A stretch of DNA of 64,000 bases from Alphaproteobacteria bacterium (GTDB lineage: Bacteria > Pseudomonadota > Alphaproteobacteria > JAXMDU01), in the NCBI GenBank assembly GCA_046348645.1, contig JAXMDU010000007.1:6727-70726 (forward strand). The letters are read 5' to 3'. A program made the position numbers and the translations under genes. Positions 57,726 to 64,000 of the stretch are shown one piece after another; position 1 is the first letter of the stretch, and every line of letters starts with the position of its first letter. A model generated the notes under the pieces. It had not been told where the DNA came from, did no database searches, and was given only the letters and a program-made list of their open reading frames with translations.

Positions 57726-58595
57726 ATGACTGACATTCGATACCTGGCTCCGAGTACGCTTGACGAAGCGGTCGGTGCGTTCGCAGCCGCCGGTGGCGAG
57801 GCCCGCATCCTGGCTGGCGGCACCGACCTGATCGTGCAAATGCGGTCTGGCCTGGTGCGCCCCGGTCTGATCATCGATATCAAGCGCATTCCCGATCTTG
57901 CGCGCATCGAGCAGACAGCCGATGGCGGGTTCCGCATTGGCGCTGCCGTTTCGGGCGCCGTGCTGGCCCTGCACCCGCGCTTTGGAAAGGTGTGGCCGGG
58001 CGTTTTGGAAGCGATCAATCTCATCGGCTCGACCCAGGTCCAGGGGCGCGCCTCGCCGGGCGGCAATCTCTGCAATGCCTCGCCGGCCGCCGATGGGGTG
58101 CCGGCCTTGGCCGCGGCTGGCGCGATCGCCACGATTCGGGGGCCGAAGGGATCACGCACCCTGCCGGTGGAAAGCGTGCCAGCGGGGCCGGGCCGCACCA
58201 ACCTGGCGCCGGGCGAAATCCTGGCGAGCTTCACGCTGCCGCCTCGTCCGGCGGGATCAGGCGACGCCTATCTTCGCGTGATTCCGCGAACCGAGATGGA
58301 CATCGCCATGGTTGGCTGCGGCGTCAACCTGACCCTCCGCGACAATGTTTGCGTGGCTGCCCGGGTGGCCTTGGGGGCCGTGGCTCCGACCGTGTTGCTG
58401 GTCGAGGCGGCCGCCCAGGCGCTGATCGGTCGCCGCCTTGATCCGGCCGCCATCGATGCCGCGGCCGCCGCCTGCCGCGCCGCCTGCCGGCCCATCAATG
58501 ACAAGCGTGGCACGATCGCCTATCGCACCAGGGTTGCCGGCGTGCTTTTGCGGCGCGCCGTCGCCATCGCCGCCGACCGCGCCAGAGGGGCTTAA
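57726..58595 (+). CDS. Xanthine-dehydrogenase-family molybdoenzyme, FAD-binding (CoxM/CutM-like) subunit
   Basis: 289 aa with FAD-binding PCMH-fold blocks (ILAGGTDLIVQMR..., GSTQVQGRASPGGNLCNASPAAD). Confidence 0.85.
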   Translation: MTDIRYLAPSTLDEAVGAFAAAGGEARILAGGTDLIVQMRSGLVRPGLIIDIKRIPDLARIEQTADGGFRIGAAVSGAVLALHPRFGKVWPGVLEAINLIGSTQVQGRASPGGNLCNASPAADGVPALAAAGAIATIRGPKGSRTLPVESVPAGPGRTNLAPGEILASFTLPPRPAGSGDAYLRVIPRTEMDIAMVGCGVNLTLRDNVCVAARVALGAVAPTVLLVEAAAQALIGRRLDPAAIDAAAAACRAACRPINDKRGTIAYRTRVAGVLLRRAVAIAADRARGA

Positions 58596-58599
58596 GGCT

Positions 58600-59082
58600 A
58601 TGACCAAGTTGCATGTTTCGACGACCATCAACGGCGAGCCGGCAGAATTTCTCTGCGAACCGTCTGAAACCATGCTCGATGTGCTGCGCGACACCCTTGG
58701 CCTGACCGGCACGAAGGAGGGCTGCGGATCCGGTGATTGCGGCGCCTGCAGCATTACCCTTGATGACCGGCTGGTCTGTGCGTGCCTGATGCTGGCCGCC
58801 GAGGCTGAGGGGCACCGCATCGGCACCATTGAAGGCATGGCGAATGGCGGAATGCTGCATCCCTTGCAGCAGAAGTTCCTTGAAACGGCGGCTTTGCAAT
58901 GCGGGATCTGCACGCCAGGGGTGCTGGTTGCGGCCAAGGCCTTGCTGGAGCAGAACCCGGATCCGACCGAGACCGATGTCCGCTACTGGCTGGCTGGCAA
59001 CCTGTGCCGCTGTACCGGCTACGACAAAATTGTGCGGGCAGTTCTGGAAACGGCCGCCGAGATGCGAGGGATGGCGCGATGA
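58600..59082 (+). CDS. Xanthine-dehydrogenase-family (2Fe-2S)-binding (CoxS-like) subunit
   Basis: 160 aa with both cluster motifs (CGSGDCGACS and CGICTPG...CRCTGY). Confidence 0.9.
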   Translation: MTKLHVSTTINGEPAEFLCEPSETMLDVLRDTLGLTGTKEGCGSGDCGACSITLDDRLVCACLMLAAEAEGHRIGTIEGMANGGMLHPLQQKFLETAALQCGICTPGVLVAAKALLEQNPDPTETDVRYWLAGNLCRCTGYDKIVRAVLETAAEMRGMAR

Positions 59083-61316
59083 CCGAGATGGCCAACAAGT
59101 GGATCGGACAGCGCACAATCCGCCCTGATGGTGCCGACAAGGTGACCGGCCGCGCCGCCTTCGGCGCGGACGCCGCCATGCCCGGCATGATCTGGGGCAA
59201 GATCCTGAGAAGCCCGCACCCGCACGCCCGCATTCGCGCGATCGACACATCCAAGGCCGAAGCGTTGCCCGGCGTGAAGGCGGTCTTGACGGCCAAGGAC
59301 TTTGTCGAATTTCCGTTCGACAGGCCGGTCGTCCTTGGCATCCAGGACATGCGATGGATTTCGCGCAACGTCATGGCTCGCGAGAAGGCCCTGTTTCATG
59401 GCCATCCCGTCGCTGCCGTGGCCGCCATCACGGCCGAGATTGCGGCAGAAGCCTGCAAGCTGATTGCGGTGGATTACGAAATTCTGCCCTGGGTCATCGA
59501 GATCGAGGACGCCCTCAAGCCCGACGCGCCGGTTCTGCACGACTTCAACCGGTTCGACGGCAAGGCGTCGAACATCGCCGGCAAGATCGAGCATCAGCTT
59601 GGCAATCTCGCCCAGGGCTTTGCGCAGGCCGACGTGATCATCGAACGGACCTTCCGCACTCGTCCCGTCCATCAGGGGTATATCGAGCCGCATGCCTGCC
59701 TGGTCAGTGTCGCTGCAGACGGCAGGGCGACGGTCTGGACCTCGACCCAGGGGCACTTCATCGTGCGTGCCATGACCGCGTTGATGACCGGCCTGCCGCA
59801 AAGCCATGTCCGCGTCATTCCGGCCGAGATCGGCGGCGGCTTTGGCGGCAAGACCATCGTTTATCTTGAACCGGTGGCAACAGTGCTGGCCAGGAAATCG
59901 GGCCGTCCCGTCAAGATGGTGATGACCCGTGAAGAGGTGATGCGCGCCACCGGCCCGACCGCCGCTTCCTTCAGCACGGTCAAGATCGGCGCAACCAGGG
60001 ACGGGCGGATGACGGCCGCGCAGGGCATCTATTACCTGCAGGGGGGCGCCTTTCCTGGCGCGCCGCTTCGCGGCCCCGCCCGTTGCTCGTTTGCACCCTA
60101 TGACATTCCCAACGTCCATTCGCTGGCTTTCGACGTGGTCTCGAACCGGTCCAAGGTTGCGGCGTATCGCGCGCCGGGCGGGGCAATCGGGGCCTTGGCG
60201 GTGGAAAGCGTTGTCGACGAGCTGGCTGCCGCGCTTGACATGGACCCACTTGTGCTGCGCCGGAAGAATGCCGCGAAGCAGGGAACCAAGGCGGCGTACG
60301 GCGTGGTCTTTTCACGCATCGGGCTGATCGAGACGATCGAGGCCGCCCAGGCCCATCCGCATTACAAGGCACCGCTTGCCAAGCACCAGGGTCGCGGTGT
60401 CGCCTGTGGCTATTGGTTCAACGCCGCCGGCGAATCGAGCGCCCAGGTCAATGTCACCGAGGACGGCAATGTCGTGGTGACCACGGGGCATCCTGATATC
60501 GGTGGTTCGCGCGCATCGATTGCCAACATCACGGCCGAGCTTCTCGGGATCGACTACCGCCGGGTCTCGGTCCTGGTCGGCGATACGGCGACCATCGGTT
60601 TCAGCAATCTGACCGCCGGCAGCCGGGTAATGTTCGCATCCGGCATGGTGGTGACCCAATCGACCGAAAAGGTCATCACGATGCTGCGTGAACGGGCGGC
60701 CAGGATCTGGCAGATCGATCCCGAAGCGGTGACCTGGGAGAATGGCGAGGCGCGCCCGGCCGGTGCCAATGCCGGCAAGTTCCCGCCGCTTACCCTGGCC
60801 GAGATCGCCGCTATGGCAAACGAATCTGGCGGCCCGATCGGGGCGGGCGTGCAGCTCAATACGACCGGCGCCGAAGGCGCCTTTGCTACCCACATCTGCG
60901 ATGTCGAGGTGGATGTCGAACTCGGCACGGTTCGGATCCTCCGCTATACCGCCATCCAGGATGTCGGCCGGGCCATCCACCCGAGCTATGTCGAGGGGCA
61001 GATCCAGGGTGGCGTGTCACAGGGAATCGGCTGGGCCTTGAACGAGGAGTATATTTATGACCGGAATGGCCGGGTCGATAACCCGAGCCTTCTCGATTAC
61101 CGCATGCCGGTCTGCTCGGACCTGCCGATGCTGGACGCCGTCATGATCGAGATTCCAAACCCCAAGCACCCGCAAGGCGTGCGCGGGGTCGGCGAGATGC
61201 CGATCGTGCCGTCCCCGGCTGCGGTCGCCAACGCCGTATCCCATGCACTTGGCCGGCGCATGACCAGCTTGCCCATGTCGCCGCCGAACGTTCTTGCGGC
61301 ACTCGATGTGAAGTGA
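59079..61316 (+). CDS. Xanthine-dehydrogenase-family molybdopterin-binding large (CoxL-like) subunit, substrate unknown
   Basis: About 745 aa from the ATG overlapping the coxS-like stop (ATGA). Aldehyde oxidase/XDH a/b-hammerhead and Mo-cofactor domains (EIGGGFGGK). No AYXCSFR CODH active-site motif found by eye. Confidence 0.85.
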   Translation: MTEMANKWIGQRTIRPDGADKVTGRAAFGADAAMPGMIWGKILRSPHPHARIRAIDTSKAEALPGVKAVLTAKDFVEFPFDRPVVLGIQDMRWISRNVMAREKALFHGHPVAAVAAITAEIAAEACKLIAVDYEILPWVIEIEDALKPDAPVLHDFNRFDGKASNIAGKIEHQLGNLAQGFAQADVIIERTFRTRPVHQGYIEPHACLVSVAADGRATVWTSTQGHFIVRAMTALMTGLPQSHVRVIPAEIGGGFGGKTIVYLEPVATVLARKSGRPVKMVMTREEVMRATGPTAASFSTVKIGATRDGRMTAAQGIYYLQGGAFPGAPLRGPARCSFAPYDIPNVHSLAFDVVSNRSKVAAYRAPGGAIGALAVESVVDELAAALDMDPLVLRRKNAAKQGTKAAYGVVFSRIGLIETIEAAQAHPHYKAPLAKHQGRGVACGYWFNAAGESSAQVNVTEDGNVVVTTGHPDIGGSRASIANITAELLGIDYRRVSVLVGDTATIGFSNLTAGSRVMFASGMVVTQSTEKVITMLRERAARIWQIDPEAVTWENGEARPAGANAGKFPPLTLAEIAAMANESGGPIGAGVQLNTTGAEGAFATHICDVEVDVELGTVRILRYTAIQDVGRAIHPSYVEGQIQGGVSQGIGWALNEEYIYDRNGRVDNPSLLDYRMPVCSDLPMLDAVMIEIPNPKHPQGVRGVGEMPIVPSPAAVANAVSHALGRRMTSLPMSPPNVLAALDVK

Positions 61317-61414
61317 CGGGCCGTCGGTAGTGCTGCCCGATCGACGGCGTGGCAAGATGCGGTCGGGTCACCCGGCCGGGTTTCTGGCCGAACCAGCCCG
61401 TAACGAGGGACACC

Positions 61415-62259
61415 ATGAAACAAGGACAGGATCCCCACCATACGCCGACCCAGGGTGATCGCGTCGCGGGCAAAGTAGCCATTGTGACCGGGGGGGGTCG
61501 GTTGCCGAAGGCATCGGCAATGGCCGCGCCGCGGCGGTGCTTCTTGCTCGTCACGGCGCAAAGGTCATGGTGATGGACCGGGTCGCTTCGGCCGCCAAGG
61601 ATACGGTGGCCATGATTGAAAAAGACGGTGGAACCTGCCTGATCGCCGAGGGTGATGTTACGGATCAGGCTGCCTGCCAGGCGGCCGTCGAAAAGACCGT
61701 CGCAGCCTGGGGACGGCTCGACATCCTGGTCAATAATGTCGGGACCAGCCGGGTTCGCGGGACGGCCGAGGACGTGGATCTGGGCGAATGGGACATGGGC
61801 ATGCGTGTCAATGTGACGTCGATCGTTCTGATGACGCGCTTTTCAGCCCCGGTTATGCGCCGTTCCGGCGGCGGCTCGATCATCAACATCGGGTCGATCA
61901 CGGGCCTGCATGGCGGTCATCCGAACCTGCTCTATCCGACTGCCAAGGGTGCCATCATCAACCTGACACGGACATTGGCCGGTCAACTTGGCAAGGACGG
62001 CATCAGGGTCAACTGCGTGGCGCCGGGCTTTGTGTACACACCCACCGTCTACAGCCGTGGCCTACCCGAAGGGATCCGGGACATGCGGATCGAATCCTCG
62101 CCGTTGAAGACCGAAGGCACGGGATGGGATGTCGGCTATGGGGTGCTATACCTGGCCAGCGACGAGGCGCGCTGGGTAACAGGCGTCGTGCTGCCGATCG
62201 ATGCCGGCGTCAGCGCGATTTCGCCGCACTTCTCGTTCAGTGCGAAGCGACTGTCATGA
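61415..62259 (+). CDS. Short-chain dehydrogenase/reductase (SDR), apparent frameshift at a G8 homopolymer (61490-61497)
   Basis: The N-terminus (MKQGQDPHHTPTQGDRVAGKVAIVTGGG; GAGGGA RBS) is in the frame of ORF 61349-61573. The rest (LLARHGAKVMVMD...NNVG...YPTAKGAI...) is in the frame of ORF 61537-62259. Nine Gs instead of eight would give the canonical TGGGSVAEGIGNG Rossmann motif. Confidence 0.7.
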
Positions 62260-62274
62260 CAGGATTGCTTCGGC

Positions 62275-62895
62275 TCAGCGCAGCGGAGAGAACGACGCAG
62301 GGACGACCAGCATGTTCTCTGACTTCAGCAGCGCGCCGGGCGGCGAAGCAGGCGGCCAAGCGCGCCGCGTTTCCATGTCGGCATGAATGCGCTGTCGTTC
62401 CGCGGCATCCTTGTAGGCCCAGATATGCACCCACTTATTGAGCGCGCCAATTTCAGTATACCAGGCGGCGGCCAGCGGCGAGAGCTTCACGCGCTCGGCG
62501 ATCGTCGTGCTCCAGCGCTCGATGACGCCGGGTATGGCCCCGGCCGCGTATTGATCGATGCAGATCTCGTAGAGTCCGCCCAACTGGCGCGGTTCCGGTT
62601 TCGGGCAGAACGGGGCGGGAAGGAACAGCTCGTTTTCCTGGTGGACGGCGAACTCGCGGGTTGCGGGGGGCCACTGCCCCGGGGCAACCGCTGCGGCCCG
62701 CGCCTTCAGGCGCGCCTCGAAGCTTTCGTAAGGCCAGAAATGAATGACCTTGTTGAGAACGCCAACCTCGGTGTGGAAAAAACCGCCAAGCGCCGAGAAC
62801 TTCTGCCTATGCGGAAGCGAGGCGCTGAAGCGCTCCTTGAACTGGGGCACTGTGCCCGGTTTCAATTGGTACATGCGCAGTTCGATGATCATCAT
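62275..62895 (-). CDS. NIPSNAP-family protein (two tandem NIPSNAP/dimeric a+b barrel domains)
   Basis: 206 aa with two similar halves, each beginning with the IELR.Y.LKPG NIPSNAP pattern (MIIELRMYQLKPG..., ...GGLYEICIDQYAAG...). Confidence 0.65.
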   Translation of the reverse strand: MMIIELRMYQLKPGTVPQFKERFSASLPHRQKFSALGGFFHTEVGVLNKVIHFWPYESFEARLKARAAAVAPGQWPPATREFAVHQENELFLPAPFCPKPEPRQLGGLYEICIDQYAAGAIPGVIERWSTTIAERVKLSPLAAAWYTEIGALNKWVHIWAYKDAAERQRIHADMETRRAWPPASPPGALLKSENMLVVPASFSPLR

Positions 62896-63113
62896 TCGCC
62901 CCCGCCGGCTGGGAAGGCGCCCATATTAGGGGCGGTTGGCGGCGGGCTCCAGCCCCATGGTAGTCGATGGCCCCGGGGGATATGATTGCGCCCTTAAGCG
63001 GTGCCGCGTGGGCCCGCCGGATGGTTTCTTTTGTGCAAGACTGATACCTCCATCATGGTTGAAGATGCGTCGATTTGACTAGCGACTGACGAAACCCGGA
63101 AGCGAGGCAACCC

Positions 63114-64000
63114 ATGTCTATTCGATCCAGTACATCCTGTGTGATCTCGGCAGCGGTTGGTGTGTTGGCCCTGGTTGGTGTTGAGGGGGCGTTTGCGGCG
63201 AAGGTCGAGGGCCCGAAGGTCAATTGGGACCTGAACACCTGGGGTGCGAAGCGTGCGGCGACGGCGGGCGCAGAAGAACTTTCCCGTCTGGTGGGGGAAG
63301 CGACGGATGGGAACTTTGCGATCAAGGTCCATTACGGCGAGGCGCTGGGACCGATCAAGGAGGCGCTGGACGGGCTTAACATCGGGGCGTACCAGGTGAC
63401 ATATACGTGCCTGGGGTATACGCCGGGCAAGATGCCGACGTTTGACGGGATCAGCCTGCCGTTTCTGCCTGCCACCACCATGCGCGAGCAGCAGGCGATG
63501 CGGGACGGGTTTCTGACCAGCCCGATCCCGCACCGGGATGCGGCGCGCTGGGGCATTTCGACCATCCTGGTTCAGCCCAATTCGCCGAGCCAGCTGATAG
63601 GCAAGGGCAAGGTGCCGCAAAGCCTCAACGACCTGAAGGGCCTGCGGGTGCGGGCGATTGGCGGCGACGCCGCCGCCCTGCGGCTGATCGGCGTTTCGGC
63701 CCAGAACATGCCGATGACCGAGGTTTACGGGGCGGTGGAACGGGGCCTGCTTGATGCGGCGTCATCGATCTATTCGTCACTGGCGGCCTTCAAGATGCAG
63801 GAGGTCAGCAACTGGTACACGACCAACATGGCCATCTCGATCACGGGCTGCATGATCTTTGCCGGCACGAAGGCGATGGATTCGCTGCCGCCCCAGTACA
63901 AGAAGCTGGTCATGGATTCGGTTCCGGCCGTCAATGACTATTGGGCGAACGCCCTGACCCGCGACGACAACATCGCGATCGATGCCTTCAAGGCCAAGGG
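63114..64000 (+). CDS. TRAP-type periplasmic solute-binding protein (COG4663 type), paralog 4, 3'-truncated by the window edge
   Basis: Absent from the ORF track because it runs off the window. GAGG RBS, then MSIRSSTSCVISAAVGVLALVGVEGAFAAKVEGPKVNWDLNTWGAKRAATAGAEELSRLV..., about 75% identical to paralog 1 by eye. Confidence 0.8.
   Translation, partial: MSIRSSTSCVISAAVGVLALVGVEGAFAAKVEGPKVNWDLNTWGAKRAATAGAEELSRLVGEATDGNFAIKVHYGEALGPIKEALDGLNIGAYQVTYTCLGYTPGKMPTFDGISLPFLPATTMREQQAMRDGFLTSPIPHRDAARWGISTILVQPNSPSQLIGKGKVPQSLNDLKGLRVRAIGGDAAALRLIGVSAQNMPMTEVYGAVERGLLDAASSIYSSLAAFKMQEVSNWYTTNMAISITGCMIFAGTKAMDSLPPQYKKLVMDSVPAVNDYWANALTRDDNIAIDAFKAK

Noticed and set aside
58438-58599. Long N-terminal extension of the 2Fe-2S subunit ORF (58438 start)
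   Set aside because: The extension is Pro/Ala-rich and overlaps the FAD-subunit gene. A start at ATG 58600 gives the canonical 160-aa CoxS-like length with the conserved N-terminus.

Overview
High-GC chromosomal segment with gene content and synteny most consistent with an alphaproteobacterium. The signals are pyrC'-pyrB, ruvX/gatCAB, Tct tricarboxylate-transporter parts, and an expanded family of orphan TRAP-type solute-binding proteins.

Order of content:
- Housekeeping block, 1-9.1 kb: pyrC', pyrB, a large hybrid sensor kinase, ruvX, gatCAB.
- A short repeat-rich islet with two small hypothetical genes and tRNA-Ser(GCU).
- A LysR-controlled quinone/oxidative-stress detox module (pirin, isochorismatase-like hydrolase, WrbA).
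- An orphan HigA-like antitoxin beside a standalone Mesh1-like small alarmone hydrolase.
- About 45 kb of accessory catabolic loci:
  - MaoC-tctBA-thiolase-DUF35 operon with a convergent tctC.
  - NDP-forming acyl-CoA synthetase / acyl-CoA dehydrogenase / enoyl-CoA hydratase.
  - rocD-putA.
  - A large DUF3376 patatin-like protein, an aconitase-family hydratase and a plasmid-family PRiA4_ORF3 gene.
  - A GntR-headed island with three CaiB-family CoA-transferases, hotdog hydratases and a Liv-type ABC transporter.
  - TetR-mmsA-GMC oxidoreductase.
  - An XDH-family MSL molybdoenzyme, an SDR and a NIPSNAP protein.

I found no integrase, transposase, CRISPR array or recognisable defence system. 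The most unusual observations are listed below.
- Four paralogous orphan TRAP-type binding proteins are present, one decayed to a pseudogene.
- Four genes carry frame-disrupting lesions: rocD (three indels), a TRAP SBP, a hotdog gene and an SDR (poly-G8). All are in homopolymers, so they are either real decay or sequencing error.
- Several precise palindromic candidate operators lie next to GntR and TetR regulators.
- Short CTGATCC-containing tandem repeat arrays bracket a small islet next to tRNA-Ser.
- A plasmid-associated PRiA4_ORF3-family gene sits in a chromosomal metabolic context.
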